A model generated the notes under the pieces. That model was given only the letters and a program-made list of their open reading frames with translations. It had not been told where the DNA came from and ran no database searches. Shown piece after piece: positions 18,803-27,353 of a stretch of DNA of 61,621 nucleotides. Location: positions 183,917 through 245,537 of the forward strand of contig DCTX01000026.1 in NCBI GenBank assembly GCA_002329325.1, written 5' to 3'. Source of the stretch: Anaerolineales bacterium UBA1429 (GTDB taxonomy: Bacteria; Chloroflexota; Anaerolineae; UBA1429). The position numbers and the translations under genes are program-made. The stretch's first letter is position 1. Each line of letters opens with the position of its first letter.

Positions 18803-18830
18803 CTCGGGGCGACGCACGCGTCGCCCCGAG
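18803..18830. terminator. GC-rich 12-bp-stem hairpin between convergent genes (no U-tract)
   Basis: ctcggggcgacg (18803-18814), loop cacg, cgtcgccccgag (18819-18830). It shares the GGGGCGA core with the hairpins at 56072 and 58826-58956. Confidence 0.35.
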
Positions 18831-18834
18831 CCCG

Positions 18835-19167
18835 CTAATCGCTCAGCGGCTTGGTCGGCGCGCCGCCCTCTTGCGGGGCGGACGGCTCCTCGACGATGCG
18901 CTCCACCACGATGGAGCAGTTGGATGCCAGGGCGGCAAAGGCGCCCACCGCAGCCAGCACCGGCGCGAACACTACCCCTACCGCCGCCAGCGTCAAGGGC
19001 AGCTCCATCACCGTATCGCCATCGTGACGGATCGCGATGCGGCGGATATTCCCCTGGTGCAGCAGCTCCTTGACCTTGTCCACCAGCTCAGAGCCGGCGA
19101 CCTTGATCTCCTCTTTGCGAATGCCCTCCTCGGGCGCTTCCTTCCCAGCTGTGAACGGCTCGCTCAT
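18835..19167 (-). CDS. DUF4342-like protein
   Basis: ELVDKVKELLHQGNIRRIAIRHDGDTVMELPLTLAAVGVVFAPVLAAVGAFAALASNCSIVVER matches my recollection of the DUF4342 consensus. GGGAGGA lies upstream. Confidence 0.7.
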   Translation of the reverse strand: MSEPFTAGKEAPEEGIRKEEIKVAGSELVDKVKELLHQGNIRRIAIRHDGDTVMELPLTLAAVGVVFAPVLAAVGAFAALASNCSIVVERIVEEPSAPQEGGAPTKPLSD

Positions 19168-19228
19168 GGTATCCTCCCTAACTCTGCCCTATCGCGCCCT
19201 GGTCCACCGGGCCAAAGGGCGATCATGG

Positions 19229-19504
19229 TCACTTTTTCACAATGGTCATCGAGTAGCCTGCGATCAGGCCGATCACCAGCGCCGCCAGGGCGCCATACGG
19301 GAAAAAGACCGCCAAAGCGATGGCGATGGGCAGCGGGAGCTGGATCATCGTCTCTCCGCGCCGCTTGACGACCACGCTCTGCCCCCAGATGGCGTTCCAC
19401 ACGCCCGTGGCTTTCTGCCACAGGTTGCCGACCGACAGATCCGGCTCCTGCTTGCGCTGCGGCTGCTCAGCGCCTGGTTCGTTCAGCCCAAAGGGTTCGG
19501 ACAT
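19229..19504 (-). CDS. DUF4342-like protein (divergent tandem paralogue)
   Basis: VVVKRRGETMIQLPLPIAIALAVFFPYGALAALVIGLIAGYSMTIVKK has the same architecture as the neighbouring gene. CAGGAGGAAG lies upstream. Confidence 0.6.
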   Translation of the reverse strand: MSEPFGLNEPGAEQPQRKQEPDLSVGNLWQKATGVWNAIWGQSVVVKRRGETMIQLPLPIAIALAVFFPYGALAALVIGLIAGYSMTIVKK

Positions 19505-19678
19505 GGTGCTTCCTCCTGCGAGCGATCGTGACCGCTCTCTCTCAACCGATACTCACTTGATATACGCAAGGGCCGGGCCAGGGTTGTGCGGCGCGAGCGC
19601 GGGAACGTCCCTGCAGGCGGCAACGTCTCTCTTGTGGTGGGGTTATCGAGGGCGCGATCTTGCCGAGGAGCGAATGCG

Positions 19679-20431
19679 ATGCCCAAAGCAGCCTGGTTCT
19701 TCTCTGGCTTTCTGTTCGCCCTGGCGCTGGCGGCGCTCCTGGTGTGGATGCCCATGCGAGGAGCCGACGCCAGCGACACGCCTGCGGCGGCGCCGGAGGC
19801 CGCCCCTGCCGCGACGGCGCCCGCAGCCCCAACGCCGGGCCTGGTCTGGTCTCGCCAGGGCGCCTATGACCCGCTCTTGGGGGCGTGCGGCCGCCTGGAG
19901 ATAGACGCCCTGCAGCAGATCCACTATGCCCCCTGCGGCCAGGCTATGCGGCTGGCCTATCTCACCGAGGGCGAGCTGGTCTGGTACCGCGCCTACCTGG
20001 CGGCCCTGGCGCCCCTGACCTATAGCCGCGGCGAGGAGACGACGCTGACCCTGGCGGGGAAGGGCAGCCGCCCCGCCAGCGCCCAAGAGCAGGCGGCCTT
20101 GGCCGATTGGGCCGAAGGCGTGTATGCCCGCCTGATGGGCGAGGAACAGCGCGCCAACCTGCTGGCCCAGGCCCGCCTGGGCCTGATGGCGCGCCGGGGG
20201 GTCGGCATCGAGGCGATCCAGGTGCTGCGGATGGAGCCCGTGCGTTGGCCCGATCCCTGCCTGGGGCTGCGGGAGCCGGGCAGGGAGTGCGTCCGGGTGA
20301 ACACGGCAGGCTTTCGCATCCTGCTGGCGACCGATGGGCAGACCTTTGTGTACCGCGCCGATGTCTATGGCCGGGTCAAAGCCGAGGCGGACTATGCCGC
20401 CCATCTGAGGCTGCCGGCGCTGGCGCCCTGA
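19679..20431 (+). CDS. Hypothetical signal-anchored/secreted protein
   Basis: Track ORF 19586..20431 trimmed to the ATG at 19679 after GAGGAG. N-terminus MPKAAWFFSGFLFALALAALLVW, followed by an Ala/Pro-rich linker. I recognise no family. Confidence 0.55.
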   Translation: MPKAAWFFSGFLFALALAALLVWMPMRGADASDTPAAAPEAAPAATAPAAPTPGLVWSRQGAYDPLLGACGRLEIDALQQIHYAPCGQAMRLAYLTEGELVWYRAYLAALAPLTYSRGEETTLTLAGKGSRPASAQEQAALADWAEGVYARLMGEEQRANLLAQARLGLMARRGVGIEAIQVLRMEPVRWPDPCLGLREPGRECVRVNTAGFRILLATDGQTFVYRADVYGRVKAEADYAAHLRLPALAP

Positions 20432-20443
20432 GACGGGCCTGCC

Positions 20444-21730
20444 TCAGGCCAGCTCCCCGCGCAACCCGTCCGCATCGGCGGCCAGGCAGCGCACCATCAC
20501 CAGGCGGTTGTGCAGATCCCCATCGCTGGGCGCCCACACCCGCAGGTAATGGTCGCTGAGGCCGCTCCACCCGGCGACGCCCTCATGCGTCGCCGCCGTC
20601 TCAAAGAGCACCTGTACGCAGCTTCCCACAAAGCGCCGATGGTAGGCAAGGGCCTGGGCCTCGCCCAGGGCGATCAGGGCCTCGCTGCGCTGTCGCGCCG
20701 TGTCGGGCGCCACGGCCCCTTCCATGCGAGCCGCCGCGGTGCCCGCCCGGGGCGAGTAGCGAAAGACGTGCAGCCGAGCCAGCGCCAACTCCTCGACCAG
20801 GGCGAGGGTCTGCTGAAAGTCCGCCTCGGTCTCGCCAGGAAAGCCCACGATCAGGTCGGTGGAGAGCATCATCTCGGGGACGCGCCGCCGCACGGCATCC
20901 ACCAGATGGCGATAGTCGGCCACCGTGGCGCGCCGGGCCATGCGCCGCAGCACGGCATCGGACCCGCTCTGCAGGGGCAAATGGAGCTGGCGGCAGAGGC
21001 GCGGATGGGGCCAGAGGGAGAGCAGCTCCTCGCCCAGGTCCCAAGGCTCGATGGAAGAGAGACGCAGGCGCGGGACAGCCGTCTCCTCCAGGATATGGCG
21101 CACCAGGCGCGCCAGGCCCCAGCCCGCGCTGGCGAGCAGCGGCCCCTCGCCCGGGCGATCCCGCCCGTAGGCGCCGATGTTGACGCCAGAGAGCACCACC
21201 TCTTGGGCGCCCTCGCCCAGGCGTTGGCGGATGTCGGCCAGCACCTCGTCGGGCAGACGGCTGCGCGAGGCCCCTCGCGCCACCGTCACGATGCAATAGG
21301 CGCAGCGGTTGTCGCAACCATCTTGCACCTTGACGAACGCCCGGGTGCGACCACCAGGCGGAGGGCTCGCCGGGGCCGATGGGGGCGCGTCGAGCGGCGC
21401 CTCGCCCAACAACCGCTCCAGCAGGCGCTCCTTGGCGGCGTTGGGCAGCACCAGGTGCACCCCCAGGGCGCGGGCCTCGTCGGGAGATACCTCGCCGTAG
21501 CAGCCGATGACCGCCACGCGCAAAGAGGGATTCTCGCGGCGCAAGCGCCGGATCGCCTGGCGCGACTTGCGGGCCGCCACATGGGTCACGGCGCAGGTGT
21601 TGATCACGGCCCACTCGGCCTCCGCCGGGGTCTCGACGATGCGGCAACCCATGGCGACGGCCTGGCGGGCCAGCGACTCGATCTCGGCCTGGTTCAGACG
21701 GCAGCCCAGGGCGGTCAGATAGAGCTTCAT
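20444..21730 (-). CDS. mtaB: MiaB/RimO-family radical-SAM methylthiotransferase (MtaB-like)
   Basis: Track ORF 20444..21931 trimmed to the ATG at 21730. Motifs: MKLYLTALGCRLNQAE...VINTCAVT, radical SAM CDNRCAYCIV and a C-terminal TRAM-like region. Confidence 0.85.
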   Translation of the reverse strand: MKLYLTALGCRLNQAEIESLARQAVAMGCRIVETPAEAEWAVINTCAVTHVAARKSRQAIRRLRRENPSLRVAVIGCYGEVSPDEARALGVHLVLPNAAKERLLERLLGEAPLDAPPSAPASPPPGGRTRAFVKVQDGCDNRCAYCIVTVARGASRSRLPDEVLADIRQRLGEGAQEVVLSGVNIGAYGRDRPGEGPLLASAGWGLARLVRHILEETAVPRLRLSSIEPWDLGEELLSLWPHPRLCRQLHLPLQSGSDAVLRRMARRATVADYRHLVDAVRRRVPEMMLSTDLIVGFPGETEADFQQTLALVEELALARLHVFRYSPRAGTAAARMEGAVAPDTARQRSEALIALGEAQALAYHRRFVGSCVQVLFETAATHEGVAGWSGLSDHYLRVWAPSDGDLHNRLVMVRCLAADADGLRGELA

Positions 21731-21982
21731 ACCTTGATGATACCATCCTTGCGGCCCAGGGCGAAAGGATGCGTCGCACGGCGCAGGCGACGCCTGCGCG
21801 GGATGACACGATCGCTGAAGGCGGTACGGTACCTCCTGGCCCCTGGCGCCGAACCGGGATATAATAGCGCTTGTTATGTCGTCGCTCCGAGACGGGAGCA
21901 CACGGGCAGCCGGATCCCCGGCTGCCCTCACACGAGGCCCTGGGGCGCAAACGCCCCGGGCAACACGCCATTGGGAGGCATC

Positions 21983-22360
21983 ATGACCGTACTACCCGCC
22001 ACTATCCGCTCCGCCTGGGAAACGCGCCAAGGCCCCATCGTGCTCGCCACCGTGGATGCGCAGGGCATCCCCAACATCATCTATGCCACCTGCGTCAAAA
22101 TGTATGACGAAGGGCTCCTGGTCGTCGCTGACAACTTTTTCTCCAAGACCCGGGCGAACATCCTGGCGGGGAGTCAGGGCTCGCTGCTCTTTATCACCGA
22201 CGAGGGCAAGGCCTATCAGCTCAAGGGGACCATTGCCTACGAGACCGAGGGCGCGTATTTCGACGACATGAAGACCTGGCTGGATGCCAAGCTGCCGGGG
22301 CATGCGGCGGCGGTTCTGCAGGTGCAGGAGGCGTACAGCGGCGCGACCAAGCTGCTGTAG
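21983..22360 (+). CDS. Pyridoxamine 5'-phosphate oxidase-family (FMN-binding split barrel) protein
   Basis: Only the last 125 codons of track ORF 20510..22360 are coding, because the rest is antisense to mtaB. The ATG at 21983 follows GGGAGG. Sequence: PIVLATVDAQGIPNIIYATCV...LVVADNFFSKTRANI. Confidence 0.75.
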   Translation: MTVLPATIRSAWETRQGPIVLATVDAQGIPNIIYATCVKMYDEGLLVVADNFFSKTRANILAGSQGSLLFITDEGKAYQLKGTIAYETEGAYFDDMKTWLDAKLPGHAAAVLQVQEAYSGATKLL

Positions 22361-22412
22361 CGCGAGCGGATCGCGCTCGCGCCATCCCGTCGCGTCGCGA
22401 GAGGAGGACACG

Positions 22413-23267
22413 GTGTACAACTACCTTTCGCCTGTTGACGATGGCTTGGCCATGCGGCCCGCTGGCCCCTGGGCCAAGGAGAAGCTGGACTACCTGAATC
22501 GCTACATCGCGGTCTTTGAGACGGCCATGCGCGACACATGGCGCGAGCGCAACTACATTGACCTTATGGCGGGGCCCGGCAAAAACCGGGTTCGAGAGAC
22601 TGGCGAGGTGCTGCTGGGTTCGCCTCTGCTCGCCCTGACGACGCGTTACCCTTTTACCGGCTACCACTTTGTGGACCTGAATGAGGCCAATATCGTGGCG
22701 CTGCGAGAGCGCTGTCTGGCAACTGGGTCGGGAGCGGCCATACGCGCAGTCGTTGGAGACTGCAACACCGAGGCCGACACCATCGTGGATCTGCTCAGAC
22801 CCACGGCCCACCGATCCCTTAACCTAGCCTTTCTGGATCCCGAGGGGCTGGAATTGCAGTGGAACACGGTGGCCAAGCTAGCCTCGCTCCCCCGGATGGA
22901 CCTGGTCATCAACTATCCTGAGGGGGGACTGAATCGACTCATGCGCAAAGTCTACAAAGCAACGCGGGAGACATCGGTGGACCGATTCTCTGGCGACCGT
23001 CAGTGGCGCGATGTGTATCGCGCATGGATGACATCGCGGCGCCTTCCTGTGCACCGGCAGCTCATAGACCTCTATAAGCGCAAACTGGCCGCGTTGGGCT
23101 ACGTCGAGATCCACCACTTCGAGGAACCGCTGGTGCGCAACACGATCCGCAGCGCTCCTCTGTACCGGCTGCTGTTCGCAAGCAAACACCCTCTCGGGGA
23201 CAAGTTCTGGCACGAAGTCACGCGCCGAGATGTCTATGGCCAACGCCGCCTGCTCGAGGCCCGCTAG
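22413..23267 (+). CDS. tcmP: Three-Cys-motif partner protein TcmP (TIGR04474-like)
   Basis: GTG at 22413, 4 nt after GAGGAGGA (22401-22408). Motifs: WAKEKLDYLNRYIAVF, YIDLMAGPGKN, GSPLLAL, FVDLNE and AFLDPEGLE. It lies immediately upstream of a DUF5131 gene, the family's signature context. Confidence 0.75.
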   Translation: MYNYLSPVDDGLAMRPAGPWAKEKLDYLNRYIAVFETAMRDTWRERNYIDLMAGPGKNRVRETGEVLLGSPLLALTTRYPFTGYHFVDLNEANIVALRERCLATGSGAAIRAVVGDCNTEADTIVDLLRPTAHRSLNLAFLDPEGLELQWNTVAKLASLPRMDLVINYPEGGLNRLMRKVYKATRETSVDRFSGDRQWRDVYRAWMTSRRLPVHRQLIDLYKRKLAALGYVEIHHFEEPLVRNTIRSAPLYRLLFASKHPLGDKFWHEVTRRDVYGQRRLLEAR

Positions 23268-23337
23268 CGTGGCGCACGGCATCGCGTGATCGTAGGCTGG
23301 GAATCGTCGTTGGGTGCTGTGTGAAACGGGGATAGCC

Positions 23338-24060
23338 ATGAGCAATGGGACAGCCATCGAGTGGACCGAGGCGACCTGGAACCCTGTCACCGGCTGCACC
23401 AAGATCAGCGCAGGTTGCCTGCACTGCTACGCCGAACGTATGGCGCGCCGCTTGCGGGCGATGGGGCATCCGAACTATGCCAATGGTTTCGACGTCACGC
23501 TTCACGAGCATCTGCTCAAGTTACCCCTCGCCTGGAAGAAACCGCGGCGGGTATTCGTGAACTCCATGAGTGACCTGTTTCACCCGAATATCCCAGATGC
23601 GTTCATCCACGACGTCATCGCCGTCATGCGCCAGGCAGACTGGCATACTTTCCAGGTGCTCACCAAGAGGGCGGAGCGCCTGGCGAGGATGGATCGGGCC
23701 ATTGACTGGCCCCCCAACGTGTGGGTCGGAGTCACCGTGGAACGACAAGACTATGCGCATCGCGTTGACGCCCTGCTCGCCACGGACGCCCGGGTCAAGT
23801 TCGTCTCGCTAGAGCCGTTGTTGGGGCCGCTGACCGCTCTGGATCTGCGCGGCCTGGACTGGGTGATTGTAGGTGGCGAATCCGGACCGGGGGCGCGTCC
23901 ACTGCAGGAGGAGTGGGTGTTGGACATACGCGATCGTTGTTCCGACGAAGGTGTGCCCTTCTTCTTCAAGCAGTGGGGCGGAGTCCGCAAGAGGATGGCA
24001 GGCCGGTTGCTGCAAGGACGCACCTGGGACGAGATGCCCCAATGCGAGGTGGCGGCATGA
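23338..24060 (+). CDS. DUF5131 / phage Gp37-Gp68 family (three-Cys-motif) protein
   Basis: MSNGTAIEWTEATWNPVTGCTKISAGCLHCYAE carries a C-x6-C-x2-C motif. Also present: FVNSMSDLFH, VSLEPLLGP, WVIVGGESGPGARP and PFFFKQWGG. Confidence 0.85.
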   Translation: MSNGTAIEWTEATWNPVTGCTKISAGCLHCYAERMARRLRAMGHPNYANGFDVTLHEHLLKLPLAWKKPRRVFVNSMSDLFHPNIPDAFIHDVIAVMRQADWHTFQVLTKRAERLARMDRAIDWPPNVWVGVTVERQDYAHRVDALLATDARVKFVSLEPLLGPLTALDLRGLDWVIVGGESGPGARPLQEEWVLDIRDRCSDEGVPFFFKQWGGVRKRMAGRLLQGRTWDEMPQCEVAA

Positions 24061-24118
24061 GCGGCGAGCCGATGGTACCGTTGGCAGTTGCCCTCCCCAG
24101 CAGCAGGGCCCTGCGCCC

Positions 24119-25180
24119 ATGAGAAACACCGGGGCGCTCCTCTCGGTGGCTCACCCCCAACTCCTCTTCACCGCCGACCCGGCGGCTGGTCAGCTCGCCC
24201 AGGGCGAGTTGCAGCGGCTGGAGGGTGGCCTGAGGCTGCTGCGTTGGCTGGCGCCCGGCGTCGGCCTGGCGGCGCTGGGCCGCGCGTGGGACGCTTTCGC
24301 CGAAGGCGTTCGCTCGCGGCCCCCGGTGTTCTGCCGCCACATCTGCCCTGTACAGGCGATGGCGTCGCTGCCCGGGGACGCGTCCGACCTGGGCCGCCTG
24401 GAGCAGGCCGCGGCCGCGTTGCTGCCGCTCCTCGATGCAGGGCTGAGCTTTGCCGTGCAGACCCGCCTGCTGGACGAGGCGCCGCCCCTGAGCCGCTTTG
24501 ACGTCAACAATCGCCTGGCCGACCTGATCGTCAGCCACGGCTGCGCCCTGGATGTGCGCCGGCCCCAGCAGGTGCTCTCCGTGGCCCTGGCTCAGGGGCG
24601 CGGGTACCTGGGCGTCTCGCCCGTGCAGGACAACCTGGGCGACTGGGCCGGGGGCGAGCGCCGCTTCCGGCGTGAGCCGGATCAGATCAGCCGGGCAGAG
24701 TTCAAGCTGCTGGAGGCCATCGAGCTGTTCGGGCTGGCGCTGCCAGAGGGCGGGTTGGGCCTGGATCTGGGCGCGGCGCCCGGTGGCTGGACGCGCATCC
24801 TGCGCCAGCAGGGGTTACGGGTCGTCGCCGTGGATCCGGCGGACCTGGACCCGCGCCTAGCCGCCGATGCGGGCGTGCAGCACGTGCGCTCCCTGGCCCA
24901 GGGCTACCTGCAGCAGAGGGGCCCATCCTTTGACATCCTCCTCAACGACATGCGCATGGATGCCCTGGATTCGGCCAGGCTCACTCTGGCGGCGATGGAG
25001 CGCCTGCATCCGCAGGGCTGGGCGCTGTTGACCCTCAAGCTCCCTCAACAGGGCATGGGGCGCGTGGCCGCCGAGGCGTTGGCTCTGCTGGACGGGCATA
25101 GCTCCATCCTTGGGGCTCGCCAGTTGTTCCACAATCGCAACGAGGTGACGGTGGCGCTGGGGCGCCGCAAGCGCGGTTGA
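24119..25180 (+). CDS. RlmM/FtsJ-like 2'-O-ribose RNA methyltransferase with a THUMP-like N-terminal region
   Basis: Track ORF 23873..25180 trimmed to the first in-frame ATG beyond the DUF5131 stop. Motifs: ISRAEFKLLEAIELFGL, LDLGAAPGGWT and LNDMRMD. Confidence 0.7.
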   Translation: MRNTGALLSVAHPQLLFTADPAAGQLAQGELQRLEGGLRLLRWLAPGVGLAALGRAWDAFAEGVRSRPPVFCRHICPVQAMASLPGDASDLGRLEQAAAALLPLLDAGLSFAVQTRLLDEAPPLSRFDVNNRLADLIVSHGCALDVRRPQQVLSVALAQGRGYLGVSPVQDNLGDWAGGERRFRREPDQISRAEFKLLEAIELFGLALPEGGLGLDLGAAPGGWTRILRQQGLRVVAVDPADLDPRLAADAGVQHVRSLAQGYLQQRGPSFDILLNDMRMDALDSARLTLAAMERLHPQGWALLTLKLPQQGMGRVAAEALALLDGHSSILGARQLFHNRNEVTVALGRRKRG

Positions 25181-25266
25181 CCCGCCGCCCGAGAAGGGTG
25201 TGGGCGGGCAGCCGTGTACAGCTCGGCGCGAGGTCCGTTGTCTTTTTGTGCGAGGAGGTTTCCCCC

Positions 25267-26325
25267 ATGGATCACACCACGACTGTCGCCTGGCTGTTGG
25301 AGCACGGCGGGCCCGCCATCCGCTATCGCACGCTGACCGAGCTGTGTAGGGGCGCGTCTCAAGAGGACATCGCCCGGGCCGCCGAGGAGCTCTGCGCGAG
25401 CCCCCTGGTGCAGACCTGGCTGGCGCGCTTCCAGCGCGACGACCGCTTTGACAAGCTGCACGGCTCGGCCCCCACCACCTTTGAGAATGTCATCGGCAAG
25501 CTGGCTCAGCTTGGCTGCCGAGCCGGCATGCCCGCCCTGGATGCGGCCACGGCCTACTTTCGCCGTTGGTTGGCGGAGGAATGCCCGGAGGGCTGGAGCT
25601 GGCGCCCCTTCCAGCAGAAGCTGGTGGGCGGGTTGCTGGCCGCCGCCGGCTATGGCCAAGATCCTGTCGTGCGCCGCTACCTCAAGCGCCGGCTGGAGAA
25701 CCTGTACGCCTTTACCAGCCGCAAAGACTGGGACCTGTACGTGGATCGTAGCCAGTACAAGAGCATTCCCAAGGGGTTCAAAGATGCGCCCCTGGTGAAC
25801 CCGGCCCTACACCCCAATGGCGACCAGCTCTTTCCCCTGATCTACGATCTGCACGCCCTGGCCCGCTATCCGGATAGCCTTCGCGAAGCGGACACCCAGA
25901 CCAAGATCGACTCGGTGGTGGATTACGTTCTCGACCCGCGCTACCAGGCCCTGAGCGATGGCTATGGCCTGATGCAGGCCGAGCCCCGCCACTACTACGC
26001 CATCGGTTGGAGCGTGCACCTGGACGGCTATCCGCGCCCGGATGCCCTTCCCAAGCGGCCCTATCTGTTTGTGCAGCGGGTCGTCCTGATGGCGCACTTT
26101 TGCACCGCGCGTGCGCACCCCTGGTTCCAGGCGAGCCTGGCCCATCTGGAGGGTTTTCGCACCCCTCGGGGCACCTACCTGTTCCCCCGCGCCTACCTGC
26201 CCGAGCTGAGCGTGGGCTACTGGGTGGCGGGCGCCCATATGGGGCTGCAGGAGAACCGGCGCCCCCGGCTGGCGCTGGAGCTGGAATCCACCTTCTGGAT
26301 GGCGCAGATCAAGCGTGAGGCGTAG
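25267..26325 (+). CDS. Hypothetical protein (352 aa, probably all-alpha), family not recognised
   Basis: ATG at 25267 after GAGGAGG. The N-terminus is WLLEHGGPAIRYRTLTEL. GC3 is high throughout. Confidence 0.6.
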   Translation: MDHTTTVAWLLEHGGPAIRYRTLTELCRGASQEDIARAAEELCASPLVQTWLARFQRDDRFDKLHGSAPTTFENVIGKLAQLGCRAGMPALDAATAYFRRWLAEECPEGWSWRPFQQKLVGGLLAAAGYGQDPVVRRYLKRRLENLYAFTSRKDWDLYVDRSQYKSIPKGFKDAPLVNPALHPNGDQLFPLIYDLHALARYPDSLREADTQTKIDSVVDYVLDPRYQALSDGYGLMQAEPRHYYAIGWSVHLDGYPRPDALPKRPYLFVQRVVLMAHFCTARAHPWFQASLAHLEGFRTPRGTYLFPRAYLPELSVGYWVAGAHMGLQENRRPRLALELESTFWMAQIKREA

Positions 26326-26400
26326 TAATGAGGCCTGCCTGCGATGGGCTGGGAGACGGGGAGCGAGAACCCGACGTTCGCCTGCGCGGCGGCTGCGCCG

Positions 26401-27177
26401 CTACGGCTTGATGGCCCGCGTGGCGATAAAGAGCGGCATATAGGCGCTGAGCAGCAGCTCCTTCGTGTCCACCCAGGGGTCCTCAAAGAGGGCCGTCAGC
26501 AGGAAGCCTGCCTCGAGCTGGCCGCCGATCTGATCCTCCAGGGTGTGGCTGAACTCCAGAGGTGAGCCGTCGGCGGCCAACCGCGCCTTTTGCTCCTCCG
26601 AGAGGCTTTCCACATCCGAGTAGGGCAGCCGATGGCGCACGACCAGCTCGCCGCGCTCCATGGTCTCCCAGTCAAAGATGTAGAGCGCCGGGTTGTCGAA
26701 CCCGGCCAGCAGCGCGCCGCCGGACCGCAGCACCCGGTACGCCTCACGCCAGACCGGGCGCACGGCGGGCGCAAAGCAGTTGGAGACCGGGTGAAAGATC
26801 AGGTCAAAGCTGCCGTCGCCAAAGGCGGAGAGATCGGCCATGTCCCCCAAGACGGTGCGCAGCTCCAGCCCCTCGCGCTCGGCCACCAGGCGGTCCTGGG
26901 CGAGCTGGGCGGGCGAGTTGTCCAGCACGGTGACGCGGGCGCCCGCGGCGGCCAGCACCGGCCCCTGTTGCCCGCCACCCGAGGCCAGGCAGAGCACGTC
27001 GGCCCCGGCCAGAGGCGGGTACCAAGCCATGGGCACGGGCACGGTGGGGGTCAGCACCAGCTCGACCACGCCCCGGCGGGCGGCGGCGATCACCTCCGGC
27101 CCCACGGGCACCGTCCACCGGTTGCCCTGCTCCACCTGTCGGTCCCACGCCTGGCGATTGTGTGCGAGAATGTCCAC
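26401..27177 (-). CDS. Class I SAM-dependent methyltransferase
   Basis: GTG start at 27177 after AAGGAGGA. Motifs: [28 protein letters not shown] and DLIFHPVS. Confidence 0.8.
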   Translation of the reverse strand: MDILAHNRQAWDRQVEQGNRWTVPVGPEVIAAARRGVVELVLTPTVPVPMAWYPPLAGADVLCLASGGGQQGPVLAAAGARVTVLDNSPAQLAQDRLVAEREGLELRTVLGDMADLSAFGDGSFDLIFHPVSNCFAPAVRPVWREAYRVLRSGGALLAGFDNPALYIFDWETMERGELVVRHRLPYSDVESLSEEQKARLAADGSPLEFSHTLEDQIGGQLEAGFLLTALFEDPWVDTKELLLSAYMPLFIATRAIKP

Positions 27178-27266
27178 CGCGATCCTCCTTTGGCGCCCCT
27201 TCGCTCCACGGCCCCAGCATACGCCGAATCACCCGAGGCGGCCAATGACCGGGGGGCTTGCGCACA

Positions 27267-27296
27267 TTGACAGTGGGTTATAGGGTGATGTAGTAT
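27267..27296 (+). promoter_or_regulatory. Putative promoter of the 27354 gene
   Basis: TTGACA (27267-27272), an 18-nt spacer, then TAGTAT (27291-27296). Confidence 0.5.
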
Positions 27297-27353
27297 GGCC
27301 ATGAGCGGTAGAGTCGCGCCTGCGCCCGAAACCGGAGCACCGCCAGGAGTCCC

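Noticed and set aside
20510-21982. The first ~490 codons of the 616-aa plus-strand ORF 20510..22360.
   Set aside because: This part is antisense to mtaB, so only the last 125 codons (from ATG 21983 after GGGAGG) encode the PNPOx-family protein.
22361-24118. Mobile-element boundaries (integrase, transposase, tRNA target, direct repeats) around the lower-GC TcmP/DUF5131 islet.
   Set aside because: None could be seen in the flanks. The islet is therefore reported as compositionally atypical, but not as a defined mobile element.
23873-24118. Upstream extension of the RlmM-like ORF overlapping the DUF5131 gene (the track starts at 23873).
   Set aside because: The extension overlaps a well-supported gene out of frame, and there is no in-frame ATG, GTG or TTG between the DUF5131 stop and 24119.
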